From Macrostomum lignano (lineage: Eukaryota), in NCBI GenBank assembly GCA_002269645.1, contig NIVC01000927.1, positions 124,001 to 188,000 on the forward strand: DNA of 64,000 nt, written 5' to 3'. Made by a program: the position numbers and the translations under genes. Shown piece by piece: positions 32,901 through 45,755 of this stretch. Numbering within the stretch: position 1 is the stretch's first letter; the number at the start of each line of letters is the position of its first letter. The notes under the pieces are model-generated. The model saw nothing but the letters and a program-made list of their open reading frames with translations. It had not been told where the DNA came from and did not search any database.

Positions 32901-35900
32901 GGGCGCCGAATTGGCCTGTTTGAATGGGATCTAGGGCGCCGAATTAGCCTGTTGGGATCTAGGGCGCCGAGTTGATCTAAGGACTCTAGGACGCCGAATT
33001 GGCCTGTTTGAATGGGATCTAGAGCGCCGAATTAGCCTGTTTGAATGGGATCTAGGGCGCCAAATTGGCCTGTTCGAATGGGATCTAGGGCGCCAAATTG
33101 GCCTGTTCGAATGGGATCTAGGGCGCCGAATTAGCCTGTTAGGATCTAGGGCGACGAATTGGCTTATTGGGTTCTAGGGCGCCAAATTGGCTTGAAAGTT
33201 CTAGGGCGGCGAATCGGCCAGTGTGGTCTAGGATGCCGAATGGGCCAAGGGGTTTAGGGCGCTAACTTGGTCTGGGGGTTTCTGATTTCTCACAAAATAG
33301 GAAGAACCGGTCTTTAAGAGTTCAGATACACAAAACTGTCTATTGACTGACCTGTTCGGGCGATTTAAACAGCACAAAGCCGATGCTAAGCACGGCGGCC
33401 CGGCGAACATCGTCGCTAGTATCAGTGACAGCGTAGTGCAACAGGCGCCGGACAGCAGAATTCGAGCCCGAGCCGCAGTAGGCCATAGCAACAGTGTACA
33501 CGCCGCTCCATCGCAGTATGGGATCTTTATCCTCTAGCAGGCTCTGGGCCAGCAGGTCGGCCTCCTCCAGCCGGCCGTACATAGTCAGAGCTACGCCAAC
33601 AGCCAGGCCTCGGATAATTTTATCGTGCTGAGTCTCCTTAGCGTAGGAAACCATGTCTTTAACGGCGGCCGAGCTGCTCGAGCCCAGCATTACTAGGCCC
33701 ATAGCTAAGCCGGCCGCTTCGCCAACAATAGCATCGTCCTGGTATAGGCTCAGCTTAATAGCCTCGTAAACATCCTGCCTAGCCGTGCCCATAGCGGCGA
33801 GGCCCAGGCCCAGACAGGCGCCGTGCCTGACCGGTTCAGCGGTGGCTCCGGACAGCTGCTGCAGAAGATAATCGGTCACAGCCGAGCCGTGATTGGCGTG
33901 GATCAGGCCCAGTGCGTACAGGCCGCCACCCTCCGAATAGGCCGTGGTTCCGGCGCTATTCCTAGGCAGATAGGCGGCCATCAGGCGAAGCGACTCGGTC
34001 TCGTGGCCCCGATGGATACAGCCTAGGCTGGCCGTGGCGGCAAACTTAGCCCAGTTAGTTGCCCGGCCAAGCCACTCCAGATTGTCGCGCAGAAACTGAT
34101 CGCTAGTGGTGCCGGCGTGCATGAAGCCGTTAGCGGTCACTGTGGCCGAGTGAGTGATGGAATTGCGCACAGATTCGCGCAGCCGGTCTAGGTAGCGCGC
34201 ATCGGCTCGGTTATTACGGATTAGAAATTGCAGGTGCAGTTGGATTACCTGCAAAGTTATCCAAGTAACAAATACTGACAATGAAACAAACTCAAGTCTA
34301 CGAAGTTTGCCCGATGACATTTGAAAGTCAGACATCTAACATCTAAAACGTCAGCCAGCTAGACGTTTGCCAGCTAGATGTTTGCCAGCTAGATGTTTGC
34401 CAGCTAGATGTTTGCCAGCTAACATTTGCCAGCTAGATATTTGCTTTTGCAAGCCAATTGCCAACCAACATAAGTAAAGAGCCAAACTATTGTAATAGAA
34501 AATCCAGCAAAAACGTCTTAACTAATCTAACTAGTAACTACTGATGTTTCCCTCAGCTAAGTAGTGCAACAGCAAGTCTACGTTAAGCTTAGTACACCTC
34601 CTTTATTTAAGAATTAATAGAACACAAAACCCTTCAGTTCCTACCTTCTCTCCCGATAGAATAGTCAACAATCTGGCGAATCTCTCTTTGGCAGCCTCGT
34701 CAACTTCAGACGAATCGGTTGTCATCATTTCTTCAGCCTGCGGCGGCGGAGTTTTCGGCGCAGTCGACGCGGCATCGGGAGCGGCCGCGGCCGTGTCAAC
34801 GTCGGCATCAGCGTCGGCTTCCGAGGCCGACGGAGCGGCGGCGGCAGGAGCAGCTGCGGCATCGTCACCAGCAGGCCGCCTGGCCAGAGGAGACGCAGCC
34901 AAGGCGGTGTGCACCCGCTGCATAAACTGCTGGCTGGCATTCTCGTACAAATCGAAGGCGATCTGGAACGCGGTGAGGGCTTCGTCTTCGGAGCGCGAGA
35001 CCAGACGTTCGAGTATTTCAGCGGTGTGCGGCGGATCGTCTAGCAAGATTAAGCACTGCGACATGCTGACAAAGTCGGGCTGCTGCAGTTGGCGGTATAG
35101 TCGAACCAGAGTCTGCAACAACTGCTGCCGGAATTTCCTGTTTTGCACCACTTGAACGGTCAGTCTATAGGAATAGTTGAGCAATTCGTCCTTGTTAGAA
35201 GTGAGTTGGACGCATCGTTCCAAAATGTCCAGACGGCGCATATCGATGGCAATGCCAACGGCGTGCTTAAATTGGCGGTGCTCAAAGCAGCGCTCAAACA
35301 TTCGATTGATGACGCCCTCCAGTTTAGCTCGGATCTGTTCGTCGCGCTCATCCAGCTCTGTAACTTCTTCGTCGATTTGCGCCACTCGATTTTTAATATA
35401 CCGATCGATGCACTTGCACACGATTGTCTCTACATACTCGGCCGAGTCGTCAATGTCGAATAGTTCGTCAGCGTGCAGAGCAAAGAACAGGCTCTCGTCG
35501 TAGGCGCCCAGGTGATAATATACCTTGGAGGCTACTAGGGCGGCCAGTTTACTCTGGGGAAAGTTGCGATCCTCGTGTAGCATTTCAATCTTGCTAACAG
35601 AGTCGGATATCTCTGGCCAGAATACATCGACCAAGGTGTTCAGCTTTGACAGGGCGAATGACTGCGGAATGAAAAACAAAACAATTTGGGGAGGGAATCT
35701 GTCAGCTTTCCTATTTAGATGAATATATCCAATACATTCTATATGCACACAATATATATATATATGAGCATATATAAAAAAATTATACTATATCAGGGAT
35801 CGGCAAGCTTTAATTCAAGGGCCAGATAGAGAACCTAGAGAATGACTGCAGGCCGGAGGAGAGGAGAGAGGGAACAAAGAGTAGAGAAGGGAGATAGGAG

Positions 35901-37972
35901 AAAGGAGAGGCGAGAAAATAAAAGAAGACAGGAGTGGAGAGAAGAGGAGATAGGAAGAGAGAAGCAGAGAGGAGGAGAAAGGAGAAAGGGGAGGAGAAGA
36001 AAAGAGAGAAAAGAGAGAAGAGAGAAGAGGAGAGGAGAGAGGAAGAAATTAGAGGAGATTAGAGCAAAGATCACTGAGAAGAGTTATAAACACTGAGTAG
36101 GCTGGATTGCTATTATAAAGTTTCAAAGGACCTGAGGGCCAGATAGAAAGGCCTTATAGGCTAAATAAAGATCCACTTATAAAATATCTTAAAAAGTACA
36201 ATAAAACATTGGCAAACTCTAATTTTAATTAATGTGAAAAAGTTTAGCATTAGTACTTTTAGTAATTATTATTGTTGCTTTGAAAAAAGATGAAATATAA
36301 TCTTACAATGGCAATTGAATGTTTCTTTTATTTTCTAACTGAATTTGCAGTTGTTTAAGCACGGTTATCTTCTTGATTCAAAATATTTTGTTTTTGTTAA
36401 AACTATGGCTATGGCTACGGGAACTATGGGAATATGGTAATTTTAAGGTCCCTATGGCTACGGAATATAGAGAATTAGAATAAGCTGTAGTTTTGCTTAC
36501 AGCTATGGCTATGGTACATGGACCCTCTTTACAGTGGAACACTATTTATTAAGCAATAAAGAACAATGAAATTACATTTAAATATGTATCATTGTGGTGT
36601 GTATGCAGGAAAAAAGAATTTTCTAAATCGCTTTAGTAGAAGCTGAGTAAAATGCAATTTTCCGATCCTTATAGGAATTTATATGCTTAAATAATAAACT
36701 TATATTGAATATAGTATTTATTGCAAACAAACTCTACAAAATACACTTTGTCAATAGTAACAAAAGTGGTAAACAAATAAACCCTCAAAAAGAATGCTAA
36801 ATATGTTGTAGAATTATAGAATATAATATTATAAGATACTTAAAGTTAATAAATACATTATTAGAGCTTTTCTATCATTTCTATGAGTCATTTTAGTTGT
36901 AAATTAATTTACTTTTTTAATAAATCATCTTATTAAAAAAAGCTATATGTGAATAATTTGTGTTTTTATAGATGTTTTTAATTTTTTTAAACTCAAATAA
37001 AATTATGTTATAGCTTTATTGTTTTCAAATCGCCAAAAACAAATTTTCAAAAAACTTACCCCTAATTCTTAGATTTTGCCACATACATAATTATAATCTA
37101 TAACTATACTATAAAGAATTAGGCCCTATAAATATCAATATTGCACTTAATTATATTTTTAAAGATATATAATTTAGTTGAACATAAAACTATACCCATA
37201 GTCAGGAAGATGGCATTTTACTTAGAAAATTCTGGCGTACACAGAAAAATTTTGGGCCAATTTTGGCATACACGGCATACCACGGTTTAGAGAAAGTACC
37301 CCATGGTGTGCAATGGCATGCCACAACACACAATTATACGCCGCGCCACTGTGGGCATGGGGCCCTGCCCTCCTGCAATATCCCAAATCCTGATGCATTA
37401 CATTTATTTTAAAAAAAAGTTTTTTAAAACTGGAAAGAAAAGAAAAAATGTTTTTTCTAGTGCTAATTTTCTTTCGTTAAAGTCATTGAACTTTCAACAC
37501 AAATGAAAACTTTGTTGAAGTTTGATGTTTTACATTATTTTAAACTTCTATTATTATTTAACGGATTATTATTGAAACTTCCATTCACATGCACTACCCC
37601 CCAGTCTGTTGGCGTACCACTGGGTTCCGATCTCGGTGTACATGGTGTACCAGTTTTTTTTACCGACTTTTTATTCCAGCGTACCCGTGCCATGATCCTG
37701 ACTATGGAACTATACTAGGGCACTGGGCTAGGTGGGGTCTTAATTACTTACCACTAAAATAATATCTTATATCTTAGGCCTAATCTTTAAAATATATATA
37801 ATATTCCCTAGACAGGTGACTTATGGTACGCAATTATGTTATAAAAGATATACATTGACAGTAACAATAAAATAGAAAACATTTTCATTTATTGCATCAG
37901 TAACCTTACCTTAAGGTCTGAATCATCCTCCTCCAATAAAGCCAACACCCCAGCTGCAGAAGTAAGTGTCAT
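29913..37972 (-). CDS. PSMD1: 26S proteasome non-ATPase regulatory subunit 1 (Rpn2), ~1062 aa
   Basis: Exons 37972-37910 ([17 protein letters not shown]), 35661-34645, 34248-33352, 31774-31219, 30568-29913; phase-consistent. Motifs [32 protein letters not shown] repeats, [11 protein letters not shown] and [10 protein letters not shown]. Confidence 0.97.
30628..31133. repeat. 31-bp minisatellite (~16 copies) in PSMD1 intron 4
   Basis: Unit CCTGTAAACCAATCCCTGAACTCAACACACA. Confidence 0.97.
31960..33220. repeat. 33-bp minisatellite in PSMD1 intron 3, interrupted by an insertion at 32347-32672
   Basis: Unit GATCTAGGGCGCCGAATTGGCCTGTTTGAATGG. Confidence 0.95.
32347..32672. mobile_element. 326-bp insertion flanked by duplicated CTAG
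   Basis: CTAG at 32343-32346 and 32673-32676. Removing the insert and one CTAG restores the higher-order unit seen at ~32210. Internal direct and inverted AAAAC(A/G)GCCAT motifs. Confidence 0.6.
34350..34440. repeat. 15-bp short tandem array in PSMD1 intron 2
   Basis: CAGCTAGATGTTTGC, about 6 copies. Confidence 0.85.
35850..36065. repeat. GA-rich low-complexity tract in PSMD1 intron 1
   Basis: Almost pure purine sequence on the plus strand (GAGAGGAGAAAG...). Confidence 0.85.
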
Positions 37973-39034
37973 GATTTATATAACTGTTCTTTTATTACGC
38001 AATGTAATAACAATGGCGATTAAGTGCTAAGCAACAATAGAATTGAATTTAGTATATGGATTAGTTGGTGTTCGACGATGTGTGTACAACGAATTCCTTC
38101 CTTCCTACGCGCTTAACTTACTAAGCAAAATTTAATATTTGAATTAATTTTATACTACTAAAACAAATAATATACAATGATGATAAAGCGCACCGCTTAT
38201 AGTTAATTTTACTATTAGAATTTACTTCCTAACCGAAAATTATATGTTTTAAAATACTAATAAAACATATTTTTCTCTAACACAGTTCGAGTATCTTAAA
38301 CCGCTACTGGATGTTTAATCTTTGATCTTTGATATACTATCGATCACATTAAGCTTTTATAGTGTTAGTTATTAGTGCATACACGGTATGATTTTGTCAT
38401 TTTATTAATTCACTGGACATTTTATTTTCCATGAACGAATTTAAATGTGCTTTTGAACTTTTGCTAATGTATTTTAAAAGCTTGTGTCCTGAGGTAGACC
38501 ACTTCCACTTGATAATATATTTGGTGTATTACACGCGTAGAAATGTTGGATGCACGTCCGCTAATGTCTACTAATCGCTTAAGTCTGCCGAATTCCATTA
38601 CCTTGTCTTGTTAGGGAATGTCCTTGCCCTTCAGTGGATTCTGCTATTTTCTGCTATAGTTCCGCAAATATGTATACGAGCTATTTGCCACTCTAATTTT
38701 GACTCTCATTCATACTGTAATGCGTGGATTTGTTCAACTGCTCTGACAGCATGCGTTTGCATGATTTAGCGCATTAATTAGTCATATTCAGATACACATC
38801 ACTGTCTTTCTACAGGACAGTTAATTAGTGTCGACCTACCCCTGTGTAATGAGTGTAGCTCAATTGCAATAAACATGAGCTTAAAGCCTATGATATATTT
38901 TATCATTCTGGGACTAGTAATATATTCTTTGAATTATACATGTAAATACGAGCTACTTTTAATTCTTGTTTTGCATAACAAAACAGATAACAACAAAGTA
39001 CGCAGCCCCGCATGTAAGGTCACAGCAACAGGAG

Positions 39035-39712
39035 AACAGGGCATGTTAGATGTCGCGCCGCAGAGCCTGAGAACAGACGAAGTCCGCCCAGTTGGCAGTG
39101 TCGGGCGCCTCGGCGTCGCATAATAGGAGGCAGTCCACGTATCGACGGGTTTGGGCCTGACCCCGCCTGAACGGGCCCTGCAAGGTGAGCAGCAAGGACG
39201 TCTTAATTGAACAGGTTGGGAGCAGTAGCAGCCCTCGGTCCGGATCACGTGGCCCACCAGTTGAAGTCGCCGCCGGCGCAGGATGGTGGACGGGCGCTGC
39301 AACTTGGCTCAATCGTACAGGTCCTCGGTCCCGACGCTCTCGCTCGTCAGCTCGAATGGCCGCACGGAGCAGCCCTGAGTGCACCGAGTCCAACTGCCGC
39401 TCCAGCGTAGCCGTCAGCGTCCACGTCTCGGCGTTGTAGAGCAGGACGGTTTCGACCACCGACTGCCACAGCCGAGCCCTCTGGCGGTCGGTCAGAGCTT
39501 CAGACTTGAGGACGGCTCGGATCGAACGGAAGGGCCGCCCAGGCAAGTCCTCTGCGCCGCCGGAGGTCTTCCTCCACGTGGGGGCACCAGACCGCCGAGG
39601 TAGGTGAACCGCTGGCAACGTGCGAGCTGGTCGTCTGCCCGTCTGCGCCGCGGCACGTCAGGTTCGCTGGGATGTCGGCCGGCACAGTCAGCACCTCGGT
39701 CTTCAGCTTATT
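39035..39712 (-). mobile_element. 5'-truncated, frameshifted non-LTR retrotransposon (RTE-like RT C-terminal region)
   Basis: Fragments in several frames: KTEVLTVP...EEDLRRRRGLAWAA, LWQSVVETVLLYNAETWTLTATLERQLD and LRRRRLQLVGHVIR. These match the LYG.ETW and RRLRW.GHV.R signatures of RTE-clade LINEs. Confidence 0.82.
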
Positions 39713-40849
39713 TTGCATGATTGTAGCTATAGTGGTCCTTAAGTGTAGTCTAAGGAATAAAACCTTATTAGTAGATCATTATGTATGTGACATTTATCAG
39801 ACAGAATTTTGAGAAGCCTAGCTGATTTTTGTGCACTGCAGCAAGCGTGTCATTGAGTTCTTTTAGAGCACTATAGCCGATGTAAATGTAGGCGTAAATA
39901 AAATATGAGTAAATGTAGGAGTAATTATCTGATAGAATTAACAGTTAATGGTTTTTGTTCTTTTAATTTTTTCTTTTTGAAGCGTCAAAAAACGAGTTTA
40001 CATGTATGATGCGATTATTTAGGAATTTGGCAAAATTAGCGGAATTTCTCTAAGGGCGCCAGTGGATGTCATGTTTAGGGCTACCTTTCTCTATACTTAA
40101 TGATCCATAATCTCTTAAAGCACGGATGCAAATTAATTGTGAAATATTTCCCTGTTTGAGCGTTGGGGATACAAAGTTCTGCGTGGTTTGAATTTTTGGC
40201 TGCATGCATGCACGAGACCAGTTGGAACCTGCACGTTGCATATTAACACAATTCGATGGAAACGGTTGTGTGAGGAATGGTGTTAATTCCAATTAATTTA
40301 CTGTACGTTCAAAATTTATAGCAAACAATAGGATTAGGATGGCACCTTTTTCCTTCCTATAATGGAATTTAGTATAAAGGCCAGAGAGTTATTTATGGGG
40401 TGCAAATGCGCAATCAATATGCGCGCAGACAAAAGGCGCTAGTTTCGAGGGGGGTAGCTTCAAGGGAGAGGAAATTTCAAGCAAATTTTTGTTTAACAGA
40501 GGCAAGAGCTAGGCTAATTCTTTTCTTTTCTGGTTGCGCAACTGCGACTTTGCCTTTCTTTAACTCTCGCTATCCTAATTTACAGATCTGTCCAGATAAG
40601 CGAATAAAAAGTAAAATTTACCTTTAGCTATTCATGTATGTGAAATTATCACCGCTAAGCGACAGACAATAGTGAGCATGTAGCTTACAGTTAAATTATT
40701 ATCTAATAACTCCTTAATGAGGCTAATAACGTTTTTTTAATAAATAATCCAAGCATAAAGTCACCTCAATTTTGTTTTACTAGTATCTTATGAAACATGC
40801 ATGGCCGAAGCACCGTAAGAAACCGTACGTCAATGGAAGACGTAAAGGG

Positions 40850-41290
40850 TCACTGGAAGATGTAGGAAGAGGTAGTAGGTGGTCACTGGAATAGGTAGTA
40901 GGTCACTGGGAGAGGTAGTAGGTCACTGGAAGACGCAGTAGGTCACTGGAAGACGCAGTAGGTCACTGGAAGACGCAGTAGGTCACTGGAAGAGGTAGTG
41001 AGTCACTGAAAGAGGTAGTGGGTCACTGGGAGAGGTAGTAGGTCACTGGAAGACGCAGTAGGTCACTGGAAGACGCAGTAGGTCACTGGAAGAGGTAGTG
41101 AGTCACTGAAAGAGGTAGTGGGTCACTGGGAGAGGTAGTAGGTCACTGGAAGACGCAGTAGGTCACTGGAAGACGCAGTAGGTCACTGGAAGACGCAGTA
41201 GGTCACTGGAAGACGCAGTAGGTCACTGGAAGAGGTAGTAGGTCACTAAAAGAGGCAGTAGGTCCCAGGACGATGCACTGGGTCACTTTT
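40850..41290. repeat. 20-bp minisatellite
   Basis: Unit AGGTCACTGGAAGACGCAGT with AGAGGTAGT variants. Confidence 0.95.
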
Positions 41291-41911
41291 TCAGAGATAG
41301 CTGGTCTCTGGAAGATGCACTGAGGCACTAAGGAAGTCGTGTAGCGTCATATTAGGAAGAAAAAGACTCCCAAGGCTCAGAGGAAGCGGTTGGTCTTGAT
41401 TTTCGCACAAAAAGACACTGTGAATCGTTATGGAAATGCATGAACAGCAGAAGCAAGCAATCGGGTTTTTCTTCTCTGGCTGCAAACTAGCAGCTGAAAT
41501 ATTGGCACATATCCGCTTAAATGGATGCAGTCGCTGAATTTATAAAAAAACCCAAGAAAACAAGGAATTCAAAGAATTTTCTGGACGAAAAAGCAAAGAA
41601 ATGTTTCTATTCACTTGCTTTATGAAATTCCGTGGCAAACTGCGAGCTTGGCAAGGCGGTGGAATTTGGGACTGGGTATAGATAATATACAGATTGGCAG
41701 TATAGCGGAACCAAAGTTACTCTGCGTGAGACACCGCCACATTCTGTCAGTCAATTTTGGCACCCAATACAAATGGCATTGTGTACGCCTAGTTATTATT
41801 GGAATGTTGGCAGAAAACGTTTGCTTTTCTGCAGAGGATTTTGAGAGGATGGCACACAGGTGCAAGCTCTATTCCCTGCTTTGTGGGACCACGTGGCACT
41901 TGCTATAGCCA

Positions 41912-42422
41912 GACCCTGGTGCTGGCGCCCCTGGTGCTGGCGCCCCTGGTGCTGGCGCCCCTGGTGCTGGCGCCCTGGTGCTGGCGCCCCTGGTGCTGGC
42001 GCCCCTGGTGCTGGCGCCCCTGGTGCTGGCGCCCCTGGTGCTGGCGCCCCTGGTGCTGGCGCCCCTGGTGCTGGCGCCCCTGGTGCTGGCGCCCCTGGTG
42101 CTGGCGCCCCTGGTGCTGGCGCCCCTGGTGCTGGCGCCCCTGGTGCTGGCGCCCCTGGTGCTGGCGCCCCTGGTGCTGGCGCCCCTGGTGCTAAAGCCCC
42201 TGGTGCTGGCGCCCCTGGTGCTGGCGCCCCTGGTGCTGGCGCCCCTGGTGCTGGCGCCCCTGGTGCTGGCGCCCCTGGTGCTAAAGCCCCTGGTGCTAAA
42301 GCCCCTGGTGCTAAAGCCCCTGGTGCTAAAGCCCCTGGTGCTAAAGCCCCTGGTGCTAAAGCCCCTGGTGCTAAAGCCCCTGGTGCTAAAGCCCCTGGTG
42401 CTAAAGCCCCTGGTGCTAAAGC
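41912..42422. repeat. 15-bp minisatellite with two variant blocks
   Basis: (CCCCTGGTGCTGGCG)n changing to (CCCCTGGTGCTAAAG)n. Confidence 0.98.
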
Positions 42423-43659
42423 AAGAGTTTTGGTGGTACAGAGAGAGAGAGGAACGGAGAGTTCAGGGTCAGGGGTAAGATGAGGATTTAGTTAGTTAGA
42501 GTGGCCAGATGATGGAAGCCGTTTGGGGGTGTCCAGGTGTGTCAATCCGTCCTCCGTACATCTGTGGCAGCGCTACCTATATGGAATTGAATTTGAACGG
42601 AGGTTGAGGTGAACCCACTGGCTTGGCAGCAGCAGAAGTCGCGTGCAGTCGAGGGGGAGCAGGGAAACGGATTGAGAGGGGAGAGCAAACTCTCCAGAAC
42701 TTGCATAATTGATGCCGTGAGAGGAAGCTTGAATAATGGACACGTGGGGGAGGCTGAGGCAGGCAGGAATTGTTGGGAGGAGATGAAGCTGAGAGGCTGA
42801 GAGGAAGCTGCAATGATGCTGCTGGACAAATTTGAGGTGCAGGGGTGCAGGGGCGAGGGAAGGCAGTCTCCACACTGAGTCCCATTCAGCTTCTCTGCCA
42901 TTGTCCGCCAAGCCCCCACCACATACAACAAGGCCCTGTCAATCAAAAACCGCTGGAAATGATGATGATGCCCCTGGAGTTATAGCACGAGAGCAGCATC
43001 CGTGACCCGCGCAAAAATATAGACCCCAACCCTATCCCCTCATGCCACTCCTTCCCCTCCTCGTCAATGTGTTAATAATCAGCATTAAAGGCTACCCATA
43101 ACCAAATCATCACCCAATAGGCACACAGCTTGGCTCTGATTGGCTGTCAGCTGGGGGTTGGGACCTTCGCCTCACCCTGTCCCCCTGGTTGTGTTCCATC
43201 ATTGCAAGGGTTGAGCAGTGCACGGAAGGTTGGGCCGGACAGCTTATTGGGGATGAGATATTAGACCATTCGACGCCTCATCTCTTCTTACTTCTCTCCC
43301 CTCCCCTCATACAATTCTTTCCGCCTATAAACTGCAGTCCCTGCCCCGCCCTATTAATTTATTACTGTCAATCGCCGCCGTCTCCTCCCGTTCCCAGGTG
43401 ACAGCTTTAAGGTCGTAAAAATTTTAAAACTAAAAAACTGTACCATAAAAGCTTTACGAAAGCAGAAATTGAAAAGAAATACAAATTCTGGCGCGTTGAA
43501 CGGAGCGACCTCTGAGCTGCCAAAATGCATGGGTGAGCAATCATTGATCAATCAAACTTTTATTATTAACTTTTTCGGGGATCGGGCATGTTTGCCACCA
43601 TCTAGAGACTCGGTTGCACACACCTTCGTACCTGCTTAGGGATCCTGGCACCTTCTCTA

Positions 43660-44390
43660 GAGATCCTGCCCAATTTTCTAGATATCTCATGTCTCCTCAT
43701 CTAGAGATCTCACGGCTCTTCATCTAGAGAGCTCATGTCTCCTCATCTAGAGATCTCACGGCTCTTCATCTAGAGAGCTCATGTCTCCTCATCTAGAGAT
43801 CTCACGGCTCTTCATCTAGAGAGCTCATGTCTCCTCATCTAGAGATTTCGTGTCTCCTCATCAAAGATCTCATTTCTCCTCATCTCGAGATCCCATGTCT
43901 CCTCATGTCTCACGGCTTTTCATCTAGAGATCTCGCGGCTTTTCATCTAGAGATCTCGTCTCTTCATCTAGAGATCTTATGCCTCCTCGTCTAGAAATCT
44001 CATGGCTCCTCGTCTAGAGGTCTCATGGCTCCTTATCTAGCGATCTCATGGCTTCTCATCTAAAGATCTCACGGCTTTTCATCTAGAGATCTCTCGTCTC
44101 CTCATCTAGAGATCTCATATCTCATCATCTAGGGATCTCATATCTCCTCATCTAGGGATCTCATATCTCCTCATCTAGGGATCTCATATCTCCTCATCTA
44201 GGGATCTCATATCTCCTCATCTAGAGATTTTATGGCTCCTCATCTAGAGATCTCATGGCTTCTCATCTAGAGATCTCACGGCTCTTCATCTTGAGATCTC
44301 ATGGCTTCACATCTAGAGATCTCATTGCTCTTCATCTGGAGATTCTGATTCGGGAGTTTCAGATTCTAAGCTTCTCGTCTAGAGACCCTA
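43660..44390. repeat. Degenerate 23-bp minisatellite
   Basis: Consensus (G)TCTCCTCATCTAGAGATCTCA(T/C)G. Confidence 0.92.
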
Positions 44391-44789
44391 TCGCCTCATG
44401 CAGAGACTAAGAGGTATGTGAGACTTAACTAAATAAAAAGTATGTCAGAGTGTATGTTAACCCCACTGCCATTTCCGCCAGTGCAGAATACATAACGCAC
44501 ACCTAAGCCTCGTGAAACTGCAGCGGTCGCTCTTTCCTGAGTGACAGACTGTATGTATACCGTTATAGGAAAAAAATCCCCTTGCAGGGCTGCGTAGCCT
44601 AATCTAACCGAGCAATCGTTATTTCCAAAAAAAGCTTGCTGGGATAGGAGCAGCGTTATCCTATGCAGCAACAGCCCTTACCTGTGCTGTATGGATTGTA
44701 GCTGATGCTTTCGCTGTAGGGCCTCGATTTGTGAATGCGCGAGCTAAACGCTTCTTAATGAACTGATCATCAGACTTAGTCTTTTCTTC

Positions 44790-45755
44790 CTAGTGTTAGA
44801 TTGCCGGTCTTCCCTAGTGTCAGATGGCCGGTCTTCCCTAGTGTCAGATGGCTGGTCTCCCCTAGTGTCAGATGGTCCGTCTCCCCTAGTGTCAGATGGC
44901 TGGTCTCCCCTAGTGTCAGATTGCTGGTCTCCCCTAGTGTCAGATTGCTGGTCTCCCCTAGTGTCAGATGGCCGGTCTCCCCTAGTGTCAGATTGCTGGT
45001 CTCCCCTAGTGTCAGATTGCTGGTCTCCCCTAGTGTCAGATTGCTGGTCTCCCCTAGTGTCAGATGGCTGGTCTCCCCTAGTGTCAGATTGCTGGTCTCC
45101 CCTAGTGTCAGATTGCTGGTCTCCCCTAGTGTCAGATTGCTGGTCTCCCCTAGTGTCAGATTGCTGGTCTCCCCTAGTGTCAGATTGCTGGTCTCCCCTA
45201 GTGTCAGATTGCTGGTCTCTCCTAGTGTCAGATTGCTGGTCTCCCCTAGTGTCAGATGGCCGGTCTCCCCTAGTGTCAGATGGCCGGTCTCCCCTAGTGT
45301 CAGATGGCCGGTCTCCCCTAGTGTCAGATTGCTGGTCTCCCCTAGTGTCAGATTGCTGGTCTCCCCTAGTGTCAGATTGCTGGTCTCCCCTAGTGTCAGA
45401 TTGCTGGTCTCCCCTAGTGTCAGATTGCTGGTCTCCCCTAGTGTCAGATGGCCGGTCTCCCCTAGTGTCAGATTGCTGGTCTCCCCTAGTGTCAGATAGC
45501 CGGTCTCCCCTAGTGTCAGATTGCTGGTCTCCCCTAGTGTCAGATGGCCGGTCTCCCCTAGTGTCAGATGGCCGGTCTCCCCTAGTGTCAGATGGCCGGT
45601 CTCCCCTAGTGTCAGATTGCTAGTCTTCCCTAGTGTCAGGCGGCCAGTCTTCTCTAGTGTCAGATTGCTGGTCTCCCCTAGTGTCAGATGGCCGGTCTCC
45701 CCTAGTGTCAGCTTGCTAGTCTTCCCTAGTGTCAGGCGGCCAGTCTATCCTAGTG
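44790..45755. repeat. 24-bp minisatellite (~40 copies)
   Basis: Unit CCCTAGTGTCAGATTGCTGGTCTC with a GATGGCCGG variant. Confidence 0.98.

Noticed and set aside
29785-35722. Numerous plus-strand ORFs over PSMD1
   Set aside because: Antisense shadows of PSMD1 exons.
41520-41905. Possible decayed coding or transposase sequence
   Set aside because: Multiple stops and no recognisable motif in any frame.
41799-42483. GAGAP / PWCWR / PLVLA repeat ORFs resembling elastin, silk or adhesive proteins
   Set aside because: All three frames are open because the 15-bp unit lacks stops; no signal peptide, splice context or codon variation.
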